Notes under the pieces: generated by a model
What the model was told of the DNA's origin: nothing
Seen by the model: the letters and a program-made list of their open reading frames with translations, nothing else
The model's database searches: none
DNA from: Candidatus Obscuribacteraceae bacterium
Lineage (GTDB): Bacteria > Cyanobacteriota > Vampirovibrionia > Obscuribacterales > Obscuribacteraceae
NCBI GenBank assembly: GCA_044226015.1
Contig: JBGAHS010000004.1
Coordinates: forward strand, 352,001-416,000
Direction of reading: 5' to 3'
DNA: 64,000 bases
Shown here: positions 11,801-19,387 of the stretch, piece after piece
Numbering within the stretch: position 1 is the stretch's first letter
How the letters are laid out: every line of letters begins with the position of its first letter
Translations under genes and position numbers: made by a program

Positions 11801-12178
11801 CTCCGAATAGTTAATTGCGGTAACTCCAAAGATGTGTGGATGCAGATTGGTGCCATGCGACTGCTCCTAGAGACAGGGCAGGAACTCATGGTGTCAAAGG
11901 CGTCAGAGCCATTGCTGTTTAACGACAGCATCGCACGTCGCAATCACCAGTCATTTGTACTGAGCGACTCTAACTTGCAAGGCACCGTATGTGATGCTTC
12001 CTTAGTTAGCATCCTGAGCAACGTCAAGCTTTTGAGCGTGTTGCGTCATCCTCGCAACAAAATTGAGCGAGAGTTATCAGCACGCCTCTGCAAAAATGCT
12101 ATGGCTCTTCAAACGGTCACAGGAAGGCGCGGAGCTTATCAGATAATGGGTACGACTAAGCCTCGCGTCAAAGCCTGA
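2846..12178 (+). CDS. Giant secreted filamentous haemagglutinin-like / beta-helical exoprotein (3110 aa) with a distinct C-terminal domain
   Basis: Signal peptide (MRKFHF...ARA), Gly/Ser/Asn-rich body with recurring GxGGxIxI units, and a compositionally different last ~200 aa. Confidence 0.8.
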   Translation: MRKFHFASLSLLSFLSLYFGLYTAARAETPSPLDRTGFRPGAQAPQAGSNLYLGERAIRVVDFSKSPVLDIRGNLNVSRGAILYAVSTNPAIDTAIIRAYSIFNSGLITTVLPQGGISGYSNAIPGLNLSLIATHKLINSGQISSAGNLNLCAGELLSNGNNSIVQAINNLNVFTPVLVNAGTMSAQNSNVTINSASLLSATLNNLPNSAELTNTLSNSSLSNISTQITNSGSILAAAGNIDISAIAGSALAIDNNRGLIKSTGGDISLDGSYGKNVSLFGGTMQGEAVAATAPGAKVDLHAERIDGAVTITGAVAAASAEHGDLNIAQLKLSDDPIFALRGGGTLTIQGFSAASASDFVALSEGDIVLSGTVNTSGGSITAVAGHLFKGENGDPCTHCSGKYSILGSSPSGGTLTIKTVNLEAGSNSVTLQADKLYVDFIPGPAANVYSRIHGGKIVINADSIGFDSVHLTVSADGATGGTVDISTTNTLAIGNRMEIHADGSSGSGGRISINSTADILLVSPQALTVDAYGSGTGGTISLSSTDSIALSSLAIKAGNNGDGGKIILSGADVGAFGHADLSVNGSGAGSGGQISLHAKGSVLLGSSEDLQLDSLSLSATGGSANSSAGDGGSIQVSAFGLVVDPNSLNVKALGNQGKGGTIDLSSSFRDLTLNGSIEANGPTGGGSIKINTETLKLPTDRSVSLTACSLASGTGGSISVTSSMSTQYLLLGHDNGNLNINTDGYNDGGTVAVSVANLSIGSGGISSQGLNGGSVDLKSDVITIGSNSINCSGSSGVGGHITIKSKDLTLVDSSLDASAYNGGIIEISSDKITAYGKNLINVSGTLLSKGGLVSIQTSGSLALGDQSGQIELSSIGGGNQVVVDAKEDLSLFENAFDISQSNNPFGGASITLSAGKTLSLFDGINVSGTANGNGGIITISASTLALAQDKNIHLSANAAGIGSGGTVKITTGNPLSISNAAGNLSLSATGGSELAASGNGGSIQISSSGPLDLSAEAISVAPLGLSGTGGNYDFKTSADFILHGSLSADAAANGGNGGVINIFAAKSFIADNGSAITARAFGGNGNGGKISATFFTQTIQGTCLSGLQVIADASGNGAGGQISLSTARILGSPVVGGDILLGESAGEISLSARSSGLSTGGCITVLAQNNITVNQNAIALNGLSPSGGSGRLILVSSYNNYGANFAGKLTVNGSISILNSSGLPAGEIYLSAGRNGIRDTTFGITINSDLQAGLISVVNWGDKNSTTVVRGGVSLTGNTVAIATPSLIVDGDDTAKISINAQNLAIAVQTPGASNKLVLGLATTPGTVSILLPDGMQQNDPNFVLRAGVLYLGSNGEIPITTIDDSLYGSTTENYKVSGTGSFGSAIAPLKIDTVNLEVHSGGDAYLENKSQSAAATIYVSGEAQGNLDLTTDVPLFVGSQQPIIASKLFINAGVQAILQLVITDYLSIKSTGYATALVKKNSAPFIEIGDSSGAPLLVTSDDAIYVNGNLSGSEIVVNSKSSLIVNGNAEAKPSGLQNGLVAFTGKLGLELNGSIVSENTELSTNGLAKISGDNSSKSLFVTSKDCIQLPSSKISTDFLAAYCGSVDLQSSDNSISRLMLQSAGTGKLSSTIPIEIILDKTLVFNPDLNKMNSVAGDFVVNAPGLIFSGPLEVGANLILQSNAVNHSFSVGLNEAGSLNAVGAILINQETFGPVSIGTLTPGGLQFGGSHLLSFAAGAAVTPSVVSSSGPIKYTHDAAGQILTSGGSLVFSGKTSFASTTAIQSVFGASEVEAASSVDVTGDLTVRANAIINPNGFKASGIIYFDLQLGRTITNPNGDIVLTSNMLINSGGSSLTLLAAGNIVANGVPSINLSTAKGLGGQLNIFAGSAFEQDPLDQSKYLVTGASTMGGDISLSKVSINTSSTSKLFTAVDGGDVNLIANPGTAAHGTISVGEINTSSAYGTAGNVNIIGAGGITVSGSINTTGAASGANVLLAGSSAKYPIELSHSRTIQEHSIFSTGSVTSGSAIFVSGGISTGSSQGNGGDISIYAATKIQTGSLTSSSVRHSGNIVIGCNDGSIFTGEVNTSALPSSDSAVAGAGGNFKLLTGGSAKINGSVITTGGIPLAAAHAILGDGGKIEIYGKKIGNVGYGSVVIKGYLDSSGGSCSDCPLSTGGAAGGILIDVGSIQVAGVKANKTGPASIIASGGSSLAHSGSNGNVLISTYGTQELPSNLNLGSSLLTEFALPGAAFTVGNPTLVNGTRGIIISGSSVVKNNTPGTGGITANFISADSTPGGFKVGSVSIVPSGGKESINLGGNLVNITQGSTSRTKVTAAEALVLYLLVRGESQSIGLNGKGQLTESNPAGASSNVVIHSADIPPAITALNLKPIDSQKGIDFTINGDYPTLTLTGTASNINGNLLFNTGGTVASVFSSMPLRVAAAGSITSDADLSISSTVSKGALSIVNNGTISAKNIIPIAASAGISIENNSGGSLIANSILIPTSFLPNRITVNSRGVFQNAKLVFDNSTFPLSITGGNSANLTGAGNSPLTIRLGVKGDVSLAGNLASSSSIDISATTINSQPTNLTVENGAQISSPKQVLISATGSLNIKTNATIKSGTDLKLSGLGISIFPSGTLEAVTGLAIDAKGGPLDFAGSVSSSRGVVSLSSSAAVSLDGKLVAGTTNGNLPFQPLLNKLAASSIKIVGASVDLGTRQNTEITASGGDVNIVAKSGDLILGSASGKNSMQAYGGNVILLAKGNILGASGNVIKASSQGGSSAIGGGIELGAGVTNSSIWTANSQKSGTVKGVFASDYDLRNPTSGANTSGVVLSTSNGSPATTANINLSSSGSQQAILELQGGKQVFHATGSANKINLDGGSFSVTSLKPVCLRSESDIRLRNLVSENNLNEMKARTIAHLITEGSDEILALQAEDEQNHLKAAQSEIVLHNANVFIRPVVKTMLISKFGTIECRKGAQLYLVCDESSLRIVNCGNSKDVWMQIGAMRLLLETGQELMVSKASEPLLFNDSIARRNHQSFVLSDSNLQGTVCDASLVSILSNVKLLSVLRHPRNKIERELSARLCKNAMALQTVTGRRGAYQIMGTTKPRVKA

Positions 12179-12202
12179 GTGTTATGCAATGACCAGGGTA
12201 TT

Positions 12203-12230
12203 TCGTCGCTCAAGACTCGTCGCTCAAGAC
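12203..12230. repeat. 14-bp perfect tandem duplication tcgtcgctcaagac x2
   Basis: Seen directly just downstream of the giant gene stop. Confidence 0.85.
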
Positions 12231-12407
12231 TGTTTATCTGGGACGATCTTCAGCTTTAACGTCCGAAAACTACTGCTACGTAAGAGAAAGCGGGATGATT
12301 AAGCTGCGCTTATGATCGGGCGGCGTTGTCAAGATTGTCTGTAATATCTTCACATTCAAGCGTAAGAGCCAATCAGTCGGGTGCTCTAGCCTGAACGGAG
12401 TAAAAGA

Positions 12408-13040
12408 ATGTTTCCCCTCTTTGATGACAACGACGATGGTTCGTCGTGTGGCATTGCTACTAATTTTTTGATTCTTTTGAATCTGATCTCCTTTGTGTTG
12501 CAAGCGATCGATCCATCTTGGACATTGAATCTAATCTTCACTCCGTACCTGGTGTTGACGCATCAGCAAAGTGTGACTACGCTTCTTTCGCATTGCTTCC
12601 TGCACGCTGACATTGTCCACCTGGTGTCAAACCTCTGGTATTTGTTTGTTTTTGGAGATAATGTCGAAGATGAGATGGGTTCATTCAACTTCTTTGTCTT
12701 CTTTTTATGCTGCGGAGTTCTTTCTGGTTTGACAGAACTCATGCTCTTCGCTCATCATCCGCATCAGTCTTTTCTTGGTGCGTCAGGGGCTATCAGCGGT
12801 GTCATGGCGGCGTATATGGTGCTTCATCCAGGCAATCGAATTCGATGTTTCGTCGGACTTCCCTACTTCTTTCCGAAACTTCCTTCATGGATATTGATTG
12901 GTTTCTTCATAGCGATGAACTCCTTGAGTTACATGGCTGACCCGGGAATGAGTGAAGGCGTTTCATACGTCGGGCATATTGGAGGCTTTATTGCAGGGCT
13001 GGTTTTAGTTCGCTTTGCGGGTGTAAAACAGCGATATTAA
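12408..13040 (+). CDS. Rhomboid family intramembrane serine protease
   Basis: FLHADIVHLVSN, FGDNVED, catalytic GASG and GHIGG motifs. Confidence 0.93.
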   Translation: MFPLFDDNDDGSSCGIATNFLILLNLISFVLQAIDPSWTLNLIFTPYLVLTHQQSVTTLLSHCFLHADIVHLVSNLWYLFVFGDNVEDEMGSFNFFVFFLCCGVLSGLTELMLFAHHPHQSFLGASGAISGVMAAYMVLHPGNRIRCFVGLPYFFPKLPSWILIGFFIAMNSLSYMADPGMSEGVSYVGHIGGFIAGLVLVRFAGVKQRY

Positions 13041-13045
13041 ACCGA

Positions 13046-14899
13046 TTGATTTCGCTCTGTGTGTGGAAAATTAAGACGAGACAGGTGGTGCCGATTGCTG
13101 TGGAACGTCCGTTTCGAGAACAGGTAAAAACCGCTGAGCTTGTCTCTGATGAGTCCAGCGACGTAGCTGCTCATCGTTCTCTGCCTAAGTCTTGCCCCTG
13201 TTGTCAGCGTTATTTCTCCTCTGAAAGTCCTGAGACGGTTTGCCCAGAAGATTCTAGCTTGCTGGTTCCTTTGAGTTCTCCCTTAACTGGAACAACAATT
13301 GATGGGAAATACAGGGTCGAACATCTTCTGGCTAGTGGGGCATGGAGCGAGGTCTTTCTAGCAAGCCACGATGAACTCGACAAAAAAGTGGCGATTAAAG
13401 TTTTACACCTGAATTTGGTTTCCGAGCCAGCAAGAGTCAGGCGCTTCGAAGAGGAAGCGCGAAATGTGAGTCGTCTCCATGACCCAGGAATTGTGAGTGT
13501 TCACGATTTTGGACTCACTGCTGATGGGCGTCCTTACATGGTTATGGATTACATCGAGGGCGTAAGCCTCAGTGAAGCAACCAAGCAGCGGCTGCTAGAC
13601 CCGCTTACGGCAACTCATTTGTGTATTCAACTCGCAAGTGCTTTGCAGACGGCTCACGAGCACGGAATCATACACAGAGATGTAAAACCTGCAAACGTCA
13701 TGCTTTCTGAAAACGAGGGAAAGGAATCTTGTTTTATTCTTGATTTTGGCGTTGCAAAAACCATCATGGGCGAGCAAAAATCTGATGTGACCAGAACTGG
13801 TGAAGTGCTCGGTACGCCTGCCTATATGAGTCCTGAACAGTGTCGCAGCCAGGCACTTGATGCGCGTTCAGATATTTATTCTCTGGGCTGTGTTTTTTAC
13901 GAGATGCTCACCGGCGAGCGACTCGTAAAAGGCGACAATTCATTCGTTTGCATGAAGTGGCACATGGAAGGCATGCCCCCCGAAATCACAGGGGAACATC
14001 CAATTTTCTACAGCCTCTCATCTATTGTTTTGAAGATGCTGGAGAAAAAGCCAGAGCATAGATATCAAAGCATGAGTGCCCTTGTCGCTGACCTGCAGGA
14101 TGCTTTAAGTGGTGCGGTGATTGTTCCGCCCGCCAGAAAGATGAAGATTGATAAGCGCTATTTGTTGATGTTGATTTTGCCGATTCTTGCTTGTCTGTTT
14201 TTTCTAATTCCGCGCGGAAGCGGACCTGTTTTGGTTCCAGAGCACCCTCCAAACGCCATCGAACGAAATGCGCTAAAGAAGGTCGCCGAGAAAACTCTGG
14301 CTGACAAGTTGGAAAACGGCTTCAGAGATTACATTCAGCAGCCGCACTTCAAAGAGAAAAAGAAATATTTTGAAGATTTATTTGCCAGAAGAACTCCTCT
14401 TCCAAAAACGGATGTTCCGCAAGAAATGATGGTCAGTGTTTTAGAGCCGATAACTACGAAGCTTCCCGTTATTCTTGGCGATGTTGATGTTGACGTCACT
14501 TACACTCAAGGACCAGTCTCATTAGTTTTGCATTCCCCATATCCTGTTAAATGGAAAGTGCACGCAGCAAGTGGTGTTAATCTCGTGAGAGTGGTGTTGG
14601 AAGGAGACGCGAAAAGTACTGTTCAAGATTTGCCGAGCGATATCGAAGTGATGGATCACAGCGGAGCCGACGCGCGTATCGCTAATAGCCCTTTAGAAAA
14701 TGGTCTTGCGAATCAATCGTTTTTGAGAAAAACTGGTGGTGGGGCAATATCGCGTTTTGGTATGACTTGGACTACCTTTCAAGTAAAACGTCTGGGTGAA
14801 GATATGAAATTTGAGGTTGGTCCCGGTGACAAAGAGTGGCTTTCCGAGTATATTCTGCGGCTTATGAAAGAAGACGAGGTTCTGGGTCCAGCATTTTAA
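13046..14899 (+). CDS. Hanks-type Ser/Thr protein kinase with N-terminal CPxC/CPxD motif, one TM and a C-terminal ectodomain (start uncertain, possibly GTG 13085)
   Basis: VAIK, HRDVKPAN, DFG, GTPAYMSPEQ and DIYSLG motifs; TM segment LLMLILPILACLFFLI. Confidence 0.93.
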   Translation: MISLCVWKIKTRQVVPIAVERPFREQVKTAELVSDESSDVAAHRSLPKSCPCCQRYFSSESPETVCPEDSSLLVPLSSPLTGTTIDGKYRVEHLLASGAWSEVFLASHDELDKKVAIKVLHLNLVSEPARVRRFEEEARNVSRLHDPGIVSVHDFGLTADGRPYMVMDYIEGVSLSEATKQRLLDPLTATHLCIQLASALQTAHEHGIIHRDVKPANVMLSENEGKESCFILDFGVAKTIMGEQKSDVTRTGEVLGTPAYMSPEQCRSQALDARSDIYSLGCVFYEMLTGERLVKGDNSFVCMKWHMEGMPPEITGEHPIFYSLSSIVLKMLEKKPEHRYQSMSALVADLQDALSGAVIVPPARKMKIDKRYLLMLILPILACLFFLIPRGSGPVLVPEHPPNAIERNALKKVAEKTLADKLENGFRDYIQQPHFKEKKKYFEDLFARRTPLPKTDVPQEMMVSVLEPITTKLPVILGDVDVDVTYTQGPVSLVLHSPYPVKWKVHAASGVNLVRVVLEGDAKSTVQDLPSDIEVMDHSGADARIANSPLENGLANQSFLRKTGGGAISRFGMTWTTFQVKRLGEDMKFEVGPGDKEWLSEYILRLMKEDEVLGPAF

Positions 14900-15432
14900 G
14901 CTTAGGGCACGTTGGCTTGCGGGAGTAGGTTTCCTTGTAGTGTAGGAGTATGTCGGGATCTCGATGTTGCAAGGAGCCTGGTAGTCCAAGGATTCCGATG
15001 TTGAAAGGAGTCTGATGGTCCAGGAGCTAGCATGGAGCCCGGTGGCGCTGGGGTCCTGGAGGATTGAGCGGATTAGGTGATCGTCGGGCACGTAATGCCT
15101 TGGGCCATCTATATTTACAGAGAATGCGTAGTCGAGGCAGAGTACATGTTTATGTATCGGGGTTGCGGAGGCACGCAGGAATTGGTGCAGTCCGACTGTC
15201 GGAATCAACAAGCATCTGTGTATTTTTGCACGTGTAAATCAGTCATACACATCGGCATAATCTTTAGTATATCGGTTAAGGATTTACTATCATGGTGTGG
15301 TTGAAGCTTGCTAATTCAAGAACTTATTTAGTTCGAACAAGTTCCGGACGAATAATTCGTATTTCGGGATTTCTCAAACTTATCTAGACTGACAATTTAG
15401 AGCAGCCAACAAAGACAAAATGTTCTCTGCTC

Positions 15433-17304
15433 TCAATTGTTCCATTTCATAGGGTTTTTCGCTAACAGTTTACCTGTTGAAAGCTCATAAACATAGACGG
15501 TGTAGTTCGTTGAACGAGCGTCTTCTGGCACAAAAATAATTGCCATTCCTTTACTAACAAAAAACTGATTGCCAGCCAGGGCTAAAGGCACCACTTTATC
15601 TAAGGGTATTGTGTCTATCTTTTGTCCGGCTGGCGTCAGTTCATAGATGCTAGTGCTGACGTCGTCTGGTTGTGCCAGTGCATACACCCGGTCTGTGTCA
15701 GCATCGTAGGAGATGCCTCTCAGTTCTCTATAAACATCGCTTCGCACTTTAGGTGGAGTAAATAGCATGGCCCAGTTTTGGTGCGAGCCATAAGCTGCGT
15801 GCGGGTTATACATGCTGAGGCAGTCATGGTCGCCTGGTCCGGCACCGAAAACAAAAAACTTCTGTCTTTTTGTGTCGTAGGCGATGCTCTCGATGCCATC
15901 AAGTTCAACTTCTCTTCGAGTCTTCAGAAATTCCGCTGCATTGGATCCGTCTTTCAAGCTGAACAGTTTGTCTTTCGTCGCGCAGTAAAAAGTGTTGAGT
16001 TCAGGCGCATAGGTGACGCTTACCGCTCCAGCTGGCAAAGGCATAACCCTACCGTGCGAAATTGGACCGAAGCCGTTGCTTTCCGCTAACATGGGGGTGC
16101 CGTCAGAGGCACCACCATTGGTGTGAAGGACGAGCCAAAATCTCAAATCTTTAAGTGTTCCAAATTGTGCCGTTGGCTGGGTTAGCTTATGAACTGTTAT
16201 CGGCTTGGGGACAAGGCTTTGCCAGTTAATTGCGAACAGCAGCAAAAGCAGTGCTGCGATAGCTCCTACAGTAGTAAGTTGCTTGTTCCAATTCTTGCGT
16301 GGCTTAGGTATGTGCAGCGGTATGCCCTGGCAAATTTTTTCAAGGTCTGAGCGCAGTTCAGCAACGGATGCATATCTTAAGTCTGCATCTTTATTGAGCA
16401 TTTTCTTCAGCACGAAATCCAGGTCTCTTGCTGCAGTTGTGGGAGATGTGTATGTGGGGACTTTCTTGCTGAGGTGCCAATCCATACAATCGAATGGGTT
16501 TTCTGCCTGCACCATCCGCTCGCCATTGAGCATTTCGTAAAACACACATCCAAGCGAGTAGATGTCTGAGCGTCCATCTACCTGCTGTCCCATACATTGT
16601 TCCGGGCTCATATAAGCTGGTGTTCCAAGCACTTCGCCCGTTCGCGTAACATCACTGCGCTGTTCGTCCACCATTGTTCTGGCAATGCCGAAGTCGACAA
16701 GTTTTGCAATCGTTTTCTGGCTGACGTTTTGCTCAAACATTATGTTGGCAGGCTTGATGTCGCGGTGAATAATATTTTGCTCGTGAGCCATTGTTAGCGC
16801 ATCACAAAGCTGTATCAGGTAGCCGCATGCTTCCTCTTCTTCCAGGCTAGATTTGCGCAACTTCTCTGTTAGTGACTCACCCTCCACATAATCCATAACC
16901 ATGTATGGGCGACCATTTTGAGTCAGTCCAAAATCGTGTACGCTGGCTATTGAACTATGTTTTAACTTTGTGACTGAGCGTGCCTCTTCCTGAAATCGCG
17001 CAACTTTATGCGGGTCTGATACCATAGTCAGATGCAAGACTTTTAGTGCGACGACTTTGTTCAAGCGCTTGTTGTGCGCTAGGAAAACCTCGCTGGAGGC
17101 TCCAGATCCTAGCAGCTTGATCACTTCATATCGTTCATCGATAGTCGTGTTGACCAGCGATTGCGAAACGGGTGCCAGCAACGATTTATCCATCGGACAG
17201 CAGTTTGATTCATAGTCTGCCGCGAAGTGAATGTTGCACTTCGGGCAAAGCTTTGCGAGTTTTATTTCTGCCTTTAACTCATCCGTGTTCATCTGATTCG
17301 TCAA
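15433..17304 (-). CDS. Hanks-type Ser/Thr protein kinase with CPxC/CPxD motif, one TM and a beta-rich (propeller-like) ectodomain
   Basis: VALK, HRDIKPAN, DFG and GTPAYMSPEQ motifs; TM segment VGAIAALLLLLFAI. Confidence 0.93.
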   Translation of the reverse strand: MTNQMNTDELKAEIKLAKLCPKCNIHFAADYESNCCPMDKSLLAPVSQSLVNTTIDERYEVIKLLGSGASSEVFLAHNKRLNKVVALKVLHLTMVSDPHKVARFQEEARSVTKLKHSSIASVHDFGLTQNGRPYMVMDYVEGESLTEKLRKSSLEEEEACGYLIQLCDALTMAHEQNIIHRDIKPANIMFEQNVSQKTIAKLVDFGIARTMVDEQRSDVTRTGEVLGTPAYMSPEQCMGQQVDGRSDIYSLGCVFYEMLNGERMVQAENPFDCMDWHLSKKVPTYTSPTTAARDLDFVLKKMLNKDADLRYASVAELRSDLEKICQGIPLHIPKPRKNWNKQLTTVGAIAALLLLLFAINWQSLVPKPITVHKLTQPTAQFGTLKDLRFWLVLHTNGGASDGTPMLAESNGFGPISHGRVMPLPAGAVSVTYAPELNTFYCATKDKLFSLKDGSNAAEFLKTRREVELDGIESIAYDTKRQKFFVFGAGPGDHDCLSMYNPHAAYGSHQNWAMLFTPPKVRSDVYRELRGISYDADTDRVYALAQPDDVSTSIYELTPAGQKIDTIPLDKVVPLALAGNQFFVSKGMAIIFVPEDARSTNYTVYVYELSTGKLLAKNPMKWNN

Positions 17305-17410
17305 CGATTTGTACTGGAGAAAGCATCAAGTTGTGTGTGAACCGCAAATCGGAATCGAGATTGCGCCCAATTGCTCTATACCCGTATGGACATTTTTATC
17401 ATTAGTTCTA

Positions 17411-19387
17411 TCATTGAGTCTTCTGCAAAAGCAATATTTCGCCGCTTCCCGCAGGCAGCCAGCGCTTGAAGGGAAAGGCTTTGAGGAGCTGATAGCCCTT
17501 AACTGGTGAAAGGGTTAGGGCGTAAGCATCTCCGTGCTTCATTGATGTGCTGAATACCAGACCTTTATCTTTATATCGGGGATCATATGAATACCAACCG
17601 TTGAACTCTAGTCCGCCATCAAGGTCTAGGGCTGAATGCTTCGGGTCTTGGAGGAAGTAGGAAACTGCCTGCCAGCGACTTCTGTTCCACTCAAGATAGT
17701 CATGCGTGGCTGCGATGGCGAAATAACTCAGCACCACAAGCAGTGGCACTCCTATCGCATAGCCTGGCATCCATTCTGGTTTGGCAGGTGCTTCCTTTGT
17801 CGTCGATACCACTTCACACTCGTTGGCGCTTGCAGCTGTCTCTGCCTCTTCGTGTTTCCCTGTCTCTTCGCGTTTCCCTGTCTCTTCGCGTTTCTCTTTG
17901 TCTTTCTCTTCGGTTTTGCTTATATCATTTGCTGGACCAATGGCATTAGCCGAAATTGCATAGCGCTGGATGCTCGAAGCAGAAACCATTAGAGGAATCA
18001 GGAGTAGGAATGGAAATAAGAGGTAGCGATCGAAAAATCCCCGGATGCAAATGATGAACATGTACAAAAACATTGTGTTCATGCAAACAGACAGCAGATT
18101 ATTGACTGGCGAGACATCAACCCAGTCTTGCTTTTTCAAGCGTCTGATGCCGTAACTGACTATCAAAGCCACAAGGTGGGCAGCGCCTACACAGCCAAGT
18201 ATCGTAATGGTCAACATCAACCATTTTGGCGCAGTCGGCCAGGCTGAAATGGCTTCGCTGCCTTCCAGCCCCAAGAGTAGAGGTCCTAATCCAAAGTTGT
18301 AGAAAATATTGTCTGCCAATGGCATTAGGGCACCCATGAACACCAGTCCAAGGCATAACAAAAGTCCTGATTCGACGCCGAGCCCAAGTGATAGCAAACG
18401 CTCTTTTCGGTTGAGTCGTGCAATGAAACCTGGCGCAGTTATTGGTATCAAAGGTAGTGCAAATATTCCAACATAGAGCAACGCTTTGATGATATTTCGA
18501 AAAGCTTCTCCTACGACAAAAACCGGACCCTTTGCGAATTGGGCAGCAAGATAAGCCTGTTCCATTCGGTAGGAATAGAGGCTTCCAGCTTCTTTGCCAA
18601 GCCAAAATTGAAAAATTGCGATTGCTATTACTGATACTGTCAGTGGTGCTAGCCCGACAACTATATTGCTAAGACCTGCTCGGGACCCTGCTCTAGCTTT
18701 GTTTTGACCAAGCTCGGTTTCCTGCTCTGGGAGCGTCTTTGCTGCACTGTTCATGCTGCTTTCATTGTGCTTGATTTGGCTTGAAATGTATGTTCCCGCA
18801 AAAGCAATCGCTAGAACCAGCCCTGTCTGGCGAAGTGTACATGCCGCAGTGGTGCTGACAATGGCGAAAAGCCACGCAGGAATAGTTGCTTTCTCTTCTT
18901 CCAGAAGTCTGGCATAGCTGAGCAGGCACAGCGTTGCCAGCGCAAGAAATGGCACATCTGTCATAAATGTAAGGGACAAATTGAAAAACAGAGGACTGCC
19001 GGCAACTGTTAGCGCAGACAGCAACGCTAATCGACGATTACCGCTGCAATGCAGGCTAAGCAGGTATGTTCCTGCTATGGCGATGAATGCAAGCACACAG
19101 GTCGAAAGGCGCAGGGTCTCAAAAGAGAAACCCGCAGGTGTACACAGCAAAGCGCCGCCAAAAATCTGCGGAATTGAAGCTGCCAGCGACCATTGCGTGA
19201 TTACAAGCTTGTGTTCTTCAAGCAGAGCTTTTACTGAACGGGCGTAATTCCAGTCATCATTTAATGGAAAGGCTCCTGATGGATTTGCGATCAGGACGTA
19301 GAGCAACCAAATCAAAGCAAGTAAGCCGAGAATCTTTCCTTGCTTGAGTAATACTTGCTTAAAGTCTGTGCCTGCTTTAGAAATCAA
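17411..19387 (-). CDS. GT-C fold membrane glycosyltransferase (ArnT/PMT_2-like)
   Basis: PLNDDWNY in the first loop, FMTDVPF, RQ and DRY motifs, many TM segments. Confidence 0.75.
   Translation of the reverse strand: MISKAGTDFKQVLLKQGKILGLLALIWLLYVLIANPSGAFPLNDDWNYARSVKALLEEHKLVITQWSLAASIPQIFGGALLCTPAGFSFETLRLSTCVLAFIAIAGTYLLSLHCSGNRRLALLSALTVAGSPLFFNLSLTFMTDVPFLALATLCLLSYARLLEEEKATIPAWLFAIVSTTAACTLRQTGLVLAIAFAGTYISSQIKHNESSMNSAAKTLPEQETELGQNKARAGSRAGLSNIVVGLAPLTVSVIAIAIFQFWLGKEAGSLYSYRMEQAYLAAQFAKGPVFVVGEAFRNIIKALLYVGIFALPLIPITAPGFIARLNRKERLLSLGLGVESGLLLCLGLVFMGALMPLADNIFYNFGLGPLLLGLEGSEAISAWPTAPKWLMLTITILGCVGAAHLVALIVSYGIRRLKKQDWVDVSPVNNLLSVCMNTMFLYMFIICIRGFFDRYLLFPFLLLIPLMVSASSIQRYAISANAIGPANDISKTEEKDKEKREETGKREETGKHEEAETAASANECEVVSTTKEAPAKPEWMPGYAIGVPLLVVLSYFAIAATHDYLEWNRSRWQAVSYFLQDPKHSALDLDGGLEFNGWYSYDPRYKDKGLVFSTSMKHGDAYALTLSPVKGYQLLKAFPFKRWLPAGSGEILLLQKTQ
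17846..17899. repeat. In-frame 18-bp tandem repeat (~3 copies) encoding KREETG/KHEE
   Basis: ctcttcg(c/t)gtttccctgt units. Confidence 0.75.
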
